Of a stretch of 64,000 nt of DNA, positions 1 to 10,049 are shown piece by piece. The DNA is taken from contig JBFYJI010000003.1 of NCBI GenBank assembly GCA_041311505.1, forward strand, positions 1,710-65,709, given 5' to 3'. Under the pieces are notes generated by a model. The model did no database searches. It was given only the letters and a program-made list of their open reading frames with translations, and was not told the origin of the DNA. The position numbers were made by a program, and so were the translations under genes. Within the stretch, counting starts at the first letter, position 1, and each line of letters opens with the position of its first letter. The DNA is from Candidatus Nanopelagicales bacterium (GTDB taxonomy: Bacteria > Actinomycetota > Actinomycetes > Nanopelagicales > Nanopelagicaceae).

Positions 1-565
1 CCTTGACCTCAACCTTGTCGCCCTTCTTAGATGGACGTGGTGCAAGAATCTTCTCGACCTCATCCAATGAGAGTGGGCTTGGGTTATGGGCATTTCCTAC
101 GAAACCTGTAACGCCAGGTGTATTACGTACTGCAGACCATGACTCATCTGTGAGATCCATACGTACGAGAACATAACCTGGGTAGACGTTGCGCTTTACA
201 ACCTTGCGAGCGCCGTTCTTGAACTCAACAACTTCCTCTTCAGGAACTTCTACCTGGAAGATGTAATCCTCCATGTTGAGTGTGTGGATACGGTTGGCAA
301 GGTTGCCCTTTACCTTCTTCTCATATCCTGCGTAAGAGTGAATTACATACCAATCGCCAGCAGCTGATGCCAATGTGCGACGGAACTCTGCATTTGGGTC
401 GTTCTCATCTGATGTGAGATCGCCATCTTCATCTGAAGCGAGAGCGAGCTCTGGCTCAGTTGGTGCAACAGGAGCTTCTATCTCTTCAACAGCTGGAGCT
501 GCGATCTCATCTGCATTTGCGATGAGCGCTGCTTCAAATGCGTCGTGCTTAATATCTTCAGTCAT
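1..565 (-). CDS. nusG: Transcription antitermination factor NusG (3' end runs off the window)
   Basis: ATG at 565; translation contains [24 protein letters not shown] and [12 protein letters not shown]; directly downstream of secE. Confidence 0.96.
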   Translation of the reverse strand, partial: MTEDIKHDAFEAALIANADEIAAPAVEEIEAPVAPTEPELALASDEDGDLTSDENDPNAEFRRTLASAAGDWYVIHSYAGYEKKVKGNLANRIHTLNMEDYIFQVEVPEEEVVEFKNGARKVVKRNVYPGYVLVRMDLTDESWSAVRNTPGVTGFVGNAHNPSPLSLDEVEKILAPRPSKKGDKVEVK

Positions 566-574
566 GGCTACCCC

Positions 575-811
575 TTACCCGAATACCCAGAAGACGACCT
601 TGGTGAGAACCAAGTCGAAGATCGAGACTACGGCGATGATGAATGCAACGAAGACGAGCACAACAGAGGTGTAGGTAGTCAACATCTCGCGTGTAGGCCA
701 TACGACCTTCTTGAGCTCGTTAACAACCTGGCGATAGAAGAGACCTACGCGTGCGAAAACGTTGAGCTTGCCCTCGGAGTGTTCCGATGACTTCTCTACT
801 GCTTCACTCAT
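575..811 (-). CDS. secE: Preprotein translocase subunit SecE
   Basis: ELKKVVWPTR motif plus one TM helix; tRNA-Trp-secE-nusG synteny. Confidence 0.97.
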   Translation of the reverse strand: MSEAVEKSSEHSEGKLNVFARVGLFYRQVVNELKKVVWPTREMLTTYTSVVLVFVAFIIAVVSIFDLVLTKVVFWVFG

Positions 812-880
812 GCTCTTACCTTTTCTCTTATGTTCTCTAGTACTTCGCTACTGCATTACTACTGGATGGTGCTTGTCTTG

Positions 881-954
881 CAGGGCAAGAGGGACTCGAA
901 CCCCCAACCGGCCGCTTTGGAGACGGCAACTCTAGCCAATTGAGCTATTGCCCT
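881..954 (-). tRNA. tRNA-Trp(CCA)
   Basis: Acceptor stem AGGGCAA/TTGCCCT; anticodon arm GCCGT-CTCCAAA-GCGGC; GTTCGAGTC T-loop. Confidence 0.96.
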
Positions 955-1152
955 TCGCGAGAGATTTTTGGCGCGCCAAGGCGAGGAAAAGATTTCTCGT
1001 GAGCCTCGAAGTGTAGAGGCTGGGGGTGGTGCGAGTAAAACCGGCCCCTTGGCTCCACCCCGTCTCCAGGCGGATAAATGTGAGAGGCATCCCTTTTCGC
1101 TCACGCCTGACCAACGGGCGAGTAGCTCGGCTGATAGGGCAGACTTACGCTC

Positions 1153-2346
1153 ATGAGCAGAATTTCAGCCCGCATCGCAGCTATCGCAGAGTCAGCCACC
1201 CTTGCAGTCGATGGAAAGGCCAAGGCCCTCAAGGCTGCCGGCCGTCCAGTGATCGGCTTCGGAGCTGGCGAGCCAGACTTTCCCACACCTTCTTATATTG
1301 TCGAAGCAGCGGCGGAGGCGGCAAAGGTTGTCGCAAATCATCGCTACACACCGACGCCAGGTCTTCCTGAACTTCGCCAGGCAATCGTTGATAAGACTAA
1401 GCGCGATTCACATTACGAGATCACTGTCGATCAAGTTCTTGTTACAAATGGTGGCAAGCAAGCTGTCTATCAAGCATTTGCAACAATCATCGATCCAGGT
1501 GATGAGGTAATTCTTCCTGCGCCATATTGGACAACATATCCAGAGGCAATCAAGTTAGCTGGTGGTAAAGCTGTTGAAGTATTTGCAGATGAGACACAGA
1601 ACTATCTCGTCACTGTTGATCAACTCGAGCAAGCGCGCACAGGAAAGACAAAGGCGCTCTTGTTCTGCTCACCTTCAAACCCAACAGGTTCTGTCTACTC
1701 TGCAGAGCAGGTAAAGGCGATTGGCGAGTGGGCGCTCAAGCACAACATCTGGATCATCGCTGATGAAATCTATGAGCACCTTCTCTATGACGGCGCAAAG
1801 GCACCATCAATGCCTGTTGCTGTTCCGGGTCTTGCAGATACAACAATTATTCTCAACGGTGTTGCAAAGACTTATGCGATGACAGGATGGCGTGTGGGTT
1901 GGATGATTGGTCCAAAGGATGTCATTAAGGCAGCGACAAACTTGCAATCGCACCTCACATCAAACGTTGCAAACGTTTCACAGCGTGCAGCGATCGCAGC
2001 TCTTACAGGCAATCTCGATGCAGTCCATGAGATGGGCGTTGCATTCGATCGTCGCCGTAAGTTAATCGTCTCTTTGCTCAATGAGATTCCAGGAATCGAT
2101 TGTCCAACTCCACAAGGTGCTTTCTATGTATATCCATCAGTAAAGGGCGTACTCGGAAAATCTATCCGTGGAAAGGTTGCTAATACCTCTGCAGAGCTTG
2201 CAACAATCATCTTGGATGAGGTTGAGGTTGCAGCAGTGCCTGGTGAGGCTTTCGGACCTTCTGGCTATCTTCGCTTCTCCTACGCCACCAGCGATGAAGA
2301 TATCGTCGAGGGCATTGGACGCATCAAAAAGCTTCTTACAGAGTAA
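1153..2346 (+). CDS. PLP-dependent class I aminotransferase (aspartate aminotransferase-like)
   Basis: GAGEPDF, SNPTG, DEIYE and [12 protein letters not shown] (PLP lysine) motifs. Confidence 0.93.
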   Translation: MSRISARIAAIAESATLAVDGKAKALKAAGRPVIGFGAGEPDFPTPSYIVEAAAEAAKVVANHRYTPTPGLPELRQAIVDKTKRDSHYEITVDQVLVTNGGKQAVYQAFATIIDPGDEVILPAPYWTTYPEAIKLAGGKAVEVFADETQNYLVTVDQLEQARTGKTKALLFCSPSNPTGSVYSAEQVKAIGEWALKHNIWIIADEIYEHLLYDGAKAPSMPVAVPGLADTTIILNGVAKTYAMTGWRVGWMIGPKDVIKAATNLQSHLTSNVANVSQRAAIAALTGNLDAVHEMGVAFDRRRKLIVSLLNEIPGIDCPTPQGAFYVYPSVKGVLGKSIRGKVANTSAELATIILDEVEVAAVPGEAFGPSGYLRFSYATSDEDIVEGIGRIKKLLTE

Positions 2347-3363
2347 TTAAAGGGTCACTCCCACAAGATTTACCTCGGCTTCAAGGGTTATTCCAAATTC
2401 ATCTCGTACGCTCTTCTGAATAAGTCGCGCTAACTCGCAGATATTTTCTGCGGTCGCCTCTCCCGAATTTGTAAGAGCGAGAACATGTTTTGTTGAGACT
2501 CTCGCGCCACCAAGTGATTGCCCTTTACAGACTCCTGATTTTTCAATAAGCCATGCAGCGCTTGTCTTTACGCGACCATCAGCCATCGGCCACTTCGGTG
2601 CGCCTTCTGGAAGTTGTGATGCAGCTTCTGCGGAGATGATGGGATTTGTAAAGAAAGATCCGGCTGACCATGAATCTTGATCGGCGCTATTAAGCAACAT
2701 GCCTTTAGAGGCACGAAGCTCCATCACAGCCTTACGCACTTCAACGACTGGAGCCTTCTCCCCTACCACAATCTTCAACTTTGCGGCGAGCTCTGCATAT
2801 GTAATAGGTGTTGAAATTTCTCCTCTGCGCAATTGAAATTGGACAGAGAGAACTACATAGCGACCTGGGTTTCTCTTAAAGTGCGAGTTGCGATATTCGA
2901 ACTCGCACTCGGCATGGGTAAATGTCTTAATGGCTTTAGCGTGGCGATCGTATGTACGAACGCGTGTAATAAATTCAGATACCTCATGGCCATATGCGCC
3001 GATATTTTGTATCGGTGAGGCCCCTACAGTGCCGGGAATTCCGCTTAAAGTCTCAAGCCCAGCAAAACCACGGTTGATAGTTGTTGATACAAACTCATCC
3101 CAATCAATTCCTGCGCCCATCGTTAATGTGGCGCCACTGCATGCATCTACTTCAGATGAAGTCTCTGTATTGGCAATGTGAATGACGGTTCCGTCAAAAC
3201 CCTTATCGGCAACGAGTACATTGCTTCCGCCACCGATAATCAAGATGGGTGAATCTCCAGATGCCTCAATCGCTGCGATGATCTCTGCCTCTGTTGAGAC
3301 ATGCACAATCTTCTTGGCAGGACCACCCACACGTAGTGATGTGTACTTATTAAGGGTGGTCAT
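2347..3363 (-). CDS. murB: UDP-N-acetylmuramate dehydrogenase
   Basis: GGGSNVL, GIPGTVGASPIQNIGAYG, SAGSFFTNP and KHVLAL motifs. Confidence 0.96.
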   Translation of the reverse strand: MTTLNKYTSLRVGGPAKKIVHVSTEAEIIAAIEASGDSPILIIGGGSNVLVADKGFDGTVIHIANTETSSEVDACSGATLTMGAGIDWDEFVSTTINRGFAGLETLSGIPGTVGASPIQNIGAYGHEVSEFITRVRTYDRHAKAIKTFTHAECEFEYRNSHFKRNPGRYVVLSVQFQLRRGEISTPITYAELAAKLKIVVGEKAPVVEVRKAVMELRASKGMLLNSADQDSWSAGSFFTNPIISAEAASQLPEGAPKWPMADGRVKTSAAWLIEKSGVCKGQSLGGARVSTKHVLALTNSGEATAENICELARLIQKSVRDEFGITLEAEVNLVGVTL

Positions 3364-3386
3364 AAGCCTAGGTTACTTGGTTTGGC

Positions 3387-4277
3387 TTACCTGCGCGGGC
3401 TAAGAATTGCAGTCTTACCGCGGAAGCGCTCGAGGATGCGGTCGTAATTCTTCTTAGATTGAAGGTCGCGATACTCAGGATCTGAGTCGTAATAACCATG
3501 GTGGCGAGCCTGCTCGAGTGGGAGATCCATCTGAAGAAGGCGACCATTTGAATGACGAAGAGCTAATGAGAATTCGATATCGGCATTGCGATAGAAGAGT
3601 GCGCGGTTGTTAAATCCACGAGCAGCAAGTGCATCTTCGCGATGCATTGCGATGAAGTAGCTAAAGAGAACATCAACTTCGCCGGCGCCTTTATCATCAA
3701 CGCTACGCCACTCATCGTCGAGGTTGATGAGGCCACCTTTCCAACCTACAGCGACATATTCACGCTTCTGTAGCTCTGCGAGAACGGGGGCAATTGCATC
3801 TCCCGTAAAGCGAGTAGATGGATCCATGATGACAATAAATTCGCTAGTCACATTACGGAGCAGGGCATTAGCGTTCTCGCCCCATCCAAAGTTTTCGGTG
3901 ATAACAACAAGTGAGGTGCGGGCATCGAGCTCATCAGCAAGCGCCCCAGCCTCACCTAGAACCACCATCGCAATTGCACATTCACTATGCGCCTTGATAC
4001 TGCGAATGGTCTCGATAGCATCTTCATGGAAGCCATCGATAATCATCGCAACAGTTATTGGATATTTACCGGAGTGGATAGATTTCACATCACGGGTAGA
4101 TGCATATGTTGGAAAGCGCTTCTTGGGGCGTAATTCATATCCCCCGGCCACATCAACAACTTCAAAGCCCTTTGCGGCTATCTCAAAGCGAAGACGATCA
4201 GACTCTGCAAAGTTCTTTTCAGCGCGGGCTGATTGTCGAGCTCTTGCTAGCTCGTGAACTTCTTCTGGTGCGCTCAT
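3387..4277 (-). CDS. Putative GT2/GT-A-like protein with an N-terminal CysRS-C-terminal-like helical module
   Basis: N-terminal ARQSARAEKNFAESDRLRFEIAAKGFEVVD; downstream NFGWGENAN, FIVIMD and ADIEFSLAL resemble GT2 elements. Confidence 0.55.
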   Translation of the reverse strand: MSAPEEVHELARARQSARAEKNFAESDRLRFEIAAKGFEVVDVAGGYELRPKKRFPTYASTRDVKSIHSGKYPITVAMIIDGFHEDAIETIRSIKAHSECAIAMVVLGEAGALADELDARTSLVVITENFGWGENANALLRNVTSEFIVIMDPSTRFTGDAIAPVLAELQKREYVAVGWKGGLINLDDEWRSVDDKGAGEVDVLFSYFIAMHREDALAARGFNNRALFYRNADIEFSLALRHSNGRLLQMDLPLEQARHHGYYDSDPEYRDLQSKKNYDRILERFRGKTAILSPRR

Positions 4278-4666
4278 AGCGCAACGACAGCCTTAGCCAT
4301 TCCTAAAACTTTTACCCCAGCAGATGTTGCAGAGAGAGCAAGTGTTGCTTTTCCATCGACAACATCGCTGACTGTTGCAGAGACTGTGAGATCTACATCA
4401 AGCCCCGCAGGAACAATTACTGGCTTTGTAAAGCGACCACCGAATTCGAGAACCTTCTCAGAGCCACCTGCGATATCCGAGACATATTTGCCAACAAGAG
4501 CCATAGTGAGCATTCCGTGCGCAATCACGTCGGGAAGTCCAACAGACTTTGCAAAAGTTTCATCTTGATGAATGGGATTCTGATCACCGCTTGCATCGGC
4601 ATACTGCTTCAGCAGCGCGCGATTGACGAAGAAGACCTTCTCTTCTAATACTTGATCTTTAATCAT
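4274..4666 (-). CDS. MaoC-family hydroxyacyl dehydratase, HadB-like catalytic subunit
   Basis: YADASGDQNPIH...IAHGM hydratase-2 motif; ATGA overlap with the upstream gene. Confidence 0.9.
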   Translation of the reverse strand: MIKDQVLEEKVFFVNRALLKQYADASGDQNPIHQDETFAKSVGLPDVIAHGMLTMALVGKYVSDIAGGSEKVLEFGGRFTKPVIVPAGLDVDLTVSATVSDVVDGKATLALSATSAGVKVLGMAKAVVAL

Positions 4667-5052
4667 GCGCGAATCACCAACGTTGACCATGATGAAACGA
4701 GGAGCTCATCGGCAGTTGAGATATCAGAGCGAACAGAGATGATCTCGTTACCAGCAACTTCGCGAGCGCTCTCGATAGTGGAAGAACAGGTAACAACATC
4801 GCCCGCTTTGATGGCGCGCTTGATTTCAAATCGCTGATCGCCATGGACGAGGCGATCCCACTTAATTCCAACTTCAGGGCTGGTCAGGATTACCTCAGAT
4901 TGTTGGAGTGAGATGCGGATAGAGAAGGTAGGTGGTGCAACAGTTGTATTGGTTTCTCCGACAACGGCGCAGAAGGCATCGATCTCAGATTGAGAAATGG
5001 TGATTGACTCTGTACCAGGAAAGGTACGCCCGATTGAATCCGGGCTAATCAT
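4663..5052 (-). CDS. MaoC-like dehydratase partner, HadA-like
   Basis: APPTF and LVHGDQRFE motifs; ATG overlaps the rpmG stop (TAATG); rpmG-hadA-hadB synteny. Confidence 0.85.
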   Translation of the reverse strand: MISPDSIGRTFPGTESITISQSEIDAFCAVVGETNTTVAPPTFSIRISLQQSEVILTSPEVGIKWDRLVHGDQRFEIKRAIKAGDVVTCSSTIESAREVAGNEIISVRSDISTADELLVSSWSTLVIRA

Positions 5053-5222
5053 TAGCGAGTTTCGCGGTGAAGAGTTGAAGACTTGCAACGTGGACAGAAC
5101 TTCTTGAGCTCCATACGGTCTGGATCGTTGCGGCGGTTCTTCTTAGTGATGTAGTTACGCTCTTTGCAATCCACGCATGCCATGGTGATCTTTGGACGAA
5201 CGTCCGCGCTCTTGCTTGCCAT
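5052..5222 (-). CDS. rpmG: 50S ribosomal protein L33, Zn-ribbon form (56 aa, absent from the ORF track)
   Basis: [46 protein letters not shown]...HRETR; AAGGAG SD upstream. Confidence 0.97.
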   Translation of the reverse strand: MASKSADVRPKITMACVDCKERNYITKKNRRNDPDRMELKKFCPRCKSSTLHRETR

Positions 5223-5309
5223 GGTGTTACTCCTTCGTGATTGGTGCGCTCAGATTACCCGAGCACCCTGATTTGGTGAAATTGAGCGTGTGTGGCGCTC
5301 TCTTACTTG

Positions 5310-5383
5310 TAGCGGAGGCGGGATTTGAACCCACGACACAGCGATTATGAGCCGCTTGCTCTACCAAGCTGAGCTACCCCGCC
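5310..5383 (-). tRNA. tRNA-Met(CAT), probably elongator
   Basis: GGCGGGG acceptor strand; anticodon loop CTCATAA; GTTCAAATC T-loop; conserved position before rpmG. Confidence 0.92.
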
Positions 5384-5410
5384 AAGACCTTGCTATTGAG
5401 TTGTACTGCG

Positions 5411-5483
5411 AGCCCCCCACCGGAATCGAACCGGTGACCTTTTCCTTACCATGGAAACGCTCTACCGACTGAGCTAGGGGGGC
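5411..5483 (-). tRNA. tRNA-Thr(GGT)
   Basis: GCCCCCC/GGGGGGC acceptor stem; anticodon arm TTTCC-ATGGTAA-GGAAA. Confidence 0.96.
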
Positions 5484-5528
5484 AGTGGTAGAGGCGTCAG
5501 TCTAAGGGTTGAGCGTGGAAAGTAAAAA

Positions 5529-6413
5529 TTAGCCCTTGGTGGAGCCGAGGGTAAGGCCGGCTACGAACTGCTTGCGCAGTACGAAGAAGACAATCAATGT
5601 AGGAAGGGCTGCGATCATCGCTCCAGCTGCCAGCAGGTTGTAGTCGGTCACATATTCACCGGTGAGGCGACCGAGAGCTGAGGTAATTGGTCGCTTGCTA
5701 TCACTGGAGGTGAGAACGAGAGCCCAGAAGAAGTCGTTGTAGATCCAGGTTGTCATCAAGACTGTAAGGGAAGCGAGAGCTGGGCGGAGCAGCGGCAAGA
5801 TGATGTTGAAGTAATGGGTAAAGACTGAGGCGCCATCAATCATCGCTGACTCAGAGATCTCTTTTGGAATCGTCTTCATATAAGAGCTGAGAACGAATGT
5901 TGCAAAGCCCATCTGGAATGCAACGTGAATGAGGATGATTCCCCAATGTGAGTCATAGAGAAATCGACGATCTCCGACTGCATCACCGATAGCGAGATAC
6001 ATCTTAAAGAGCGGGATAAAGATGAGCTGACCTGGCAAGAGGTTGCCTGCTGTAAAGAAGAGAAGGAGTGCAACGTTTGCCTTGAAAGAGTAGCGAGAGA
6101 CAACGAATGCCATCAATGATCCCAAGAAGAGTGTGAGCACAACAGCTGGGATTGTGATGATTGCAGTGTTGGTGAAGTAGAGCGGAAGATTCATTCGACG
6201 GATTGCATCGAAGTAATTTTGAAGGTTGAGGTGCTCTGGGAATGAGAAGACTCCGTTAGCCTCAAGATCTACATATGGACGTAGTGATGAGTAGAGAGTC
6301 CATACAAGTGGAAATATCCAGAGCAGTGCAAAGAAACCGATGAAGAGTGAGATGAGGGCATCTTTGCGCTTCTGACGATCGCGATACTCTTTATTAACAA
6401 CAATCGTTGACAT
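5529..6413 (-). CDS. Carbohydrate ABC permease (MalG-like)
   Basis: ESAMIDGAS EAA loop; multiple TM helices. Confidence 0.93.
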   Translation of the reverse strand: MSTIVVNKEYRDRQKRKDALISLFIGFFALLWIFPLVWTLYSSLRPYVDLEANGVFSFPEHLNLQNYFDAIRRMNLPLYFTNTAIITIPAVVLTLFLGSLMAFVVSRYSFKANVALLLFFTAGNLLPGQLIFIPLFKMYLAIGDAVGDRRFLYDSHWGIILIHVAFQMGFATFVLSSYMKTIPKEISESAMIDGASVFTHYFNIILPLLRPALASLTVLMTTWIYNDFFWALVLTSSDSKRPITSALGRLTGEYVTDYNLLAAGAMIAALPTLIVFFVLRKQFVAGLTLGSTKG

Positions 6414-7336
6414 TACTTGACATCCTCCTTAAATGATTGGCGGAGGTAGGCGATGATCGGTCCGATTGAGAGGATGAAGAGGATCGTTGCGTAAGCTGCG
6501 CCCTTCATCGACTGACCTTCACCTGAGATGTTCTGGAAGACGAGTGTTCCGAGGATTGGGACTTGAGCACCTGATGTTCCATAAATAATGTAGACGATAT
6601 CGAAGGCGCGGAGTGATTCGATGATCGTAATCACGAGAACGATGATGTTAACCGGGCGCATCGTAGGCAAGATGATCTTGCGGAATGTCTCCCACTCTGT
6701 GGCGCCATCGAGCGCTGCAGCCTCACGGAGAGCTGGATCCACAGCCTTAAGGCCAGCTAAGTAGAGAAGCATGATGTAGCCGATATGTCGCCACGATGCC
6801 ATCACCAAAATGACATAGAGGTTCCAGCGATCATCGCCGAAGAATGAGATCGGGTTGGTGATGTCCTTACCTAAAATTCCATTGATAAATCCATCTGGGC
6901 GCAACATAAAGTTCCAGATGATTCCGGTGACTGCAAGTGAGAGCACCACAGGGATGTAATACGCGGTCTGGAAGAAAGCATGTCCGCGAATCTGGCGATC
7001 GATCTGGTAGGCGAGCAATACACCTAGAGGTGTTGCAATCAAGCCAAACCATGCAAGCCAGATGACATTGTCTTTAAGAGCTGACCAGAAGACTGGTGTT
7101 GAGAAGAAGATGTTGTGATAGTTAGCGAAGCCAGCCCACTTGATATCCGAGATGTGGATGCCGGTCCAATATGTAAATGAGAGCCCGATAGTTGCTATCG
7201 CTGGGATCCATACGAGGAGAAGGTGGAGCGCGGTCGGGACACCGATAAATGCGCCGAGAGTTAATCGATCCTGCGGGGAAAAGGCTCGACGGCGACTAAC
7301 TTTAGAAGTGTCTTTGTTAGCCGCCGTCGAGTTCAT
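6413..7336 (-). CDS. Carbohydrate ABC permease (MalF-like)
   Basis: EAAALDGAT loop; SLRAFDIVY. Confidence 0.93.
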   Translation of the reverse strand: MNSTAANKDTSKVSRRRAFSPQDRLTLGAFIGVPTALHLLLVWIPAIATIGLSFTYWTGIHISDIKWAGFANYHNIFFSTPVFWSALKDNVIWLAWFGLIATPLGVLLAYQIDRQIRGHAFFQTAYYIPVVLSLAVTGIIWNFMLRPDGFINGILGKDITNPISFFGDDRWNLYVILVMASWRHIGYIMLLYLAGLKAVDPALREAAALDGATEWETFRKIILPTMRPVNIIVLVITIIESLRAFDIVYIIYGTSGAQVPILGTLVFQNISGEGQSMKGAAYATILFILSIGPIIAYLRQSFKEDVK

Positions 7337-7401
7337 ACCTTCACCTTATCTCTAATAGTTCTTAATTGTCTTGTGAGAATAAATTCTCTTTCAATTAATT
7401 A

Positions 7402-8697
7402 TTAGAGCTCTGGAAGTGCTTCCCACTGTGCCTGAAGAGAATCAACAATCTTGTTGACATCCTTAGGGTTCTTGTACCAAGACTGGATAGCTGGGCCAAC
7501 AACTGGGCCAGCGAAGTCTGGACGTGTATCGCGATCCAAGAACTGAGTGATGTACTTAGCTTGGCTCATAACGTTGAGCTGCTGCTTCTGGAACGCATCG
7601 TATGTTGATGTGTCCTGGTTCTTGTTAGCAGATGTCATAGGAATTCCGGTATCAAGCATTGCCTGCATACCTTCCTTATCACCAGCAAACTTGATGAAGT
7701 CCTTACCGACCTCAACGTTTGCACCGTTAGCAGCTACGCAGAAACCATCGATTGGTGCATCGATTGTGTCAACGCCGTGCTCTGGGTTGATCTCTGGGAA
7801 TGGAACGATCCATAGATCGTCGTAATCTTCCTGTGACTTCTCCTTGAAGTTTCCACCGAACCATGAACCCATAAGAGTTGATCCAGCCTTCTTCTGAAGG
7901 AGGAGCTGCATAGCGCCATCCCACTCGAGGTCAAGAACGTTCTTATTTGTGTATGGAAGGAGGAGCTCCCACTGCTTGAAGACGTCGATAACGCGCTGAT
8001 CTGTCCACTTCTCACGGCCTGCGAGGAGGTCAACGTGGAACTGGTAGCCGTTAAGACGAGCGTTGATGATGTCGAATGTTCCCATTGCTTCCCAGCCGCC
8101 CTTATCGCCAGCTGCAAAACCAACAAGACCCTTCTTCTTCATCGCATCGAACATCTTGAGCATGTCATCGAATGTTGCGATGTTCTCTGGATCGAGTCCG
8201 AGCTCCTTCACCATTGACTTGCGGTAGTGAAGACCCCATGGGTACCAAGACTGTGGAACGAAGTACTGCTTTCCATCAAGACCAGTAGATGCGATCTTGT
8301 ATGAATTGTCGTACTGGCTGTCGAGATCCTTCCAGACATCTGAGAGATCTGCGAGGAGACCCTGCTCTGCAAAGAACTGCATGCGATAGCCAGCCATCCA
8401 CTGGAATGCATCATCAGGTGTTCCCTGAAGATACTGTGAGAGGTTGTTCTGGAATGCATTTGACTCTGTTGCGTTATATGTAACTTTGTTGCCTGACTTC
8501 TTCTCATATGCAGCAACAAGACCCTTGAGCTGCTTTGTAGGAGATTCATCAACTGTACGCGCGCCGAATGACATTGGTCCTGATGCCTTAGATCCGCATG
8601 AAGAAAGAACTGTTGCTCCTCCTGCGATTCCGATACCACCCAATGCAGCACCCTTAATGAGGGTACGACGTGATACTCCGTTTTGTTCTACTGACAT
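7402..8697 (-). CDS. Sugar ABC substrate-binding protein, probable Tat lipoprotein
   Basis: SRRTLIK twin-arginine motif, LSSC lipobox, family-1 SBP features. Confidence 0.9.
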   Translation of the reverse strand: MSVEQNGVSRRTLIKGAALGGIGIAGGATVLSSCGSKASGPMSFGARTVDESPTKQLKGLVAAYEKKSGNKVTYNATESNAFQNNLSQYLQGTPDDAFQWMAGYRMQFFAEQGLLADLSDVWKDLDSQYDNSYKIASTGLDGKQYFVPQSWYPWGLHYRKSMVKELGLDPENIATFDDMLKMFDAMKKKGLVGFAAGDKGGWEAMGTFDIINARLNGYQFHVDLLAGREKWTDQRVIDVFKQWELLLPYTNKNVLDLEWDGAMQLLLQKKAGSTLMGSWFGGNFKEKSQEDYDDLWIVPFPEINPEHGVDTIDAPIDGFCVAANGANVEVGKDFIKFAGDKEGMQAMLDTGIPMTSANKNQDTSTYDAFQKQQLNVMSQAKYITQFLDRDTRPDFAGPVVGPAIQSWYKNPKDVNKIVDSLQAQWEALPEL

Positions 8698-8787
8698 TTA
8701 TGTCCTCTAACTTTCCGGAAAGTGAAACCTTGTACAAGGTTGCGTCGGCGCAATCGTCGACACACGGAAAATCTAAGCCTGGAAGGG

Positions 8788-8798
8788 TGGTCAGACCA
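8788..8798. promoter_or_regulatory. FadR/GntR-type operator TGGTCAGACCA
   Basis: Perfect TGGTC-n-GACCA palindrome upstream of the SBP gene; matches four boxes in the SQ cluster. Confidence 0.6.
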
Positions 8799-8897
8799 GA
8801 GAGTTTCAATAACGAAATGGTTACTTTTACGCGTAAAAACCATCCCAAAAATCGAGAATTGGTGGCTATTTGCAGAAAATTGCAGGTCTGCTGAGAG

Positions 8898-9674
8898 TTA
8901 TTGGATATCCCACCAGATAACCGCCAATTTACGGCGCTCTGGCATCGGATGTTCGGCGATAAAGGCATCGATCTCGCCCTGTCGAGACTCTGGGAGGCAG
9001 AGTCGGCGGCGGATAAAGCCATTGGCTCCATCCACCTGCTTATCCAGGAGGATCTCGCCATCACAATATTCAATAGTGGCGTTAATGCCAATCTCTTTGA
9101 GGACATCGATGAGATCTCCGGCGACAGGAACGCTCGGACGGATGAGATTCCAGAAATGTTTCCACCCCTCGTTCATATTCGACATCGGATGGATAACTGG
9201 AACCTCTAAGACAACTCTCTTGCGTGCATGCGAATTCAAAGCCTGAAGAAATGGCACGATATTGCCAACATTGAATGCAACGTGATGAACAGTAACGACA
9301 TCTGCAACAGGCGTCTTATCTGCAACATCTGGCCATTGTCCGAGATAACTCTCAGAAGTGACACCGTACTTCTTCGCATTTGCAGTGAAGAGATCGAGCA
9401 TCGCTTCTTGCTCATCAACTCCAATGACATGTCCTGCTGGTGGCGTAATACCGAATGCCCCAATGCCGCCTCCGCATCCGATATCAAGAACAGTGCCACC
9501 GGTAGGCATCGCCTCACGTGCACGTTGGTGCGAGAGAGAATCTTTAATAACGTCAGGAATTTCAAAGAGTGCAGGTGGGTGGATCCATGGCTTCTCAACA
9601 GCTTGATCCAAAATCTCTTGAGGTATCGCCCAGAGCGCTAAGTCACTTTTCCACTTCTCTGCAGCACTAGTCAT
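8898..9674 (-). CDS. Class I SAM-dependent methyltransferase
   Basis: VLDIGCGGG motif I; ATG 4 nt after the thioredoxin stop. Confidence 0.85.
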   Translation of the reverse strand: MTSAAEKWKSDLALWAIPQEILDQAVEKPWIHPPALFEIPDVIKDSLSHQRAREAMPTGGTVLDIGCGGGIGAFGITPPAGHVIGVDEQEAMLDLFTANAKKYGVTSESYLGQWPDVADKTPVADVVTVHHVAFNVGNIVPFLQALNSHARKRVVLEVPVIHPMSNMNEGWKHFWNLIRPSVPVAGDLIDVLKEIGINATIEYCDGEILLDKQVDGANGFIRRRLCLPESRQGEIDAFIAEHPMPERRKLAVIWWDIQ

Positions 9675-9678
9675 TACT

Positions 9679-10047
9679 TCACTTCTTCGCTTGCTCTTCG
9701 GCAATCTGCTTACGGATATCTTCCATATCGACGCCTTTAATAGCGGTAATCAACTCTTCCAACGATGGCGCAGGCAGCGCACCTGCCTCGCGGAAGAGTA
9801 AGACTCCATCACGAAATGCCATCAAAGTGGGTATCGAGGTGATGCCTGCAGCGCCTGCGAGAGCTTGCTCTGCTTCGGTATCAACCTTTGCAAAGATCAC
9901 ATCTGGGTGCTTCTCCGATGCCGCTTCATAGACCGGTCCAAACATTTTGCATGGTCCACACCATTCAGCCCAGAAATCTACAAAGACAATAGGAGATTCA
10001 AGGATGAGCTTCTCAAACTCCTTCTCACCGACATTGACTGTAGCCAT
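9679..10047 (-). CDS. Thioredoxin
   Basis: DFWAEWCGPCK and SIPT motifs. Confidence 0.95.
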   Translation of the reverse strand: MATVNVGEKEFEKLILESPIVFVDFWAEWCGPCKMFGPVYEAASEKHPDVIFAKVDTEAEQALAGAAGITSIPTLMAFRDGVLLFREAGALPAPSLEELITAIKGVDMEDIRKQIAEEQAKK

Positions 10048-10049
10048 TA

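Noticed and set aside
400-565. Acidic low-complexity N-terminal extension of NusG
   Set aside because: Common in actinobacterial NusG
375-1370. Overlapping short ORFs in the track near nusG, secE and tRNA-Trp, and similar shadow ORFs across nuo and men
   Set aside because: They are antisense or off-frame to well-supported genes or tRNAs and show no motifs
5537-5555. TGGTGGAGCCGAGGG resembling a tRNA 3'-end att site
   Set aside because: It encodes the ordinary permease C-terminus (LTLGSTKG) and does not match the flanking tRNA ends
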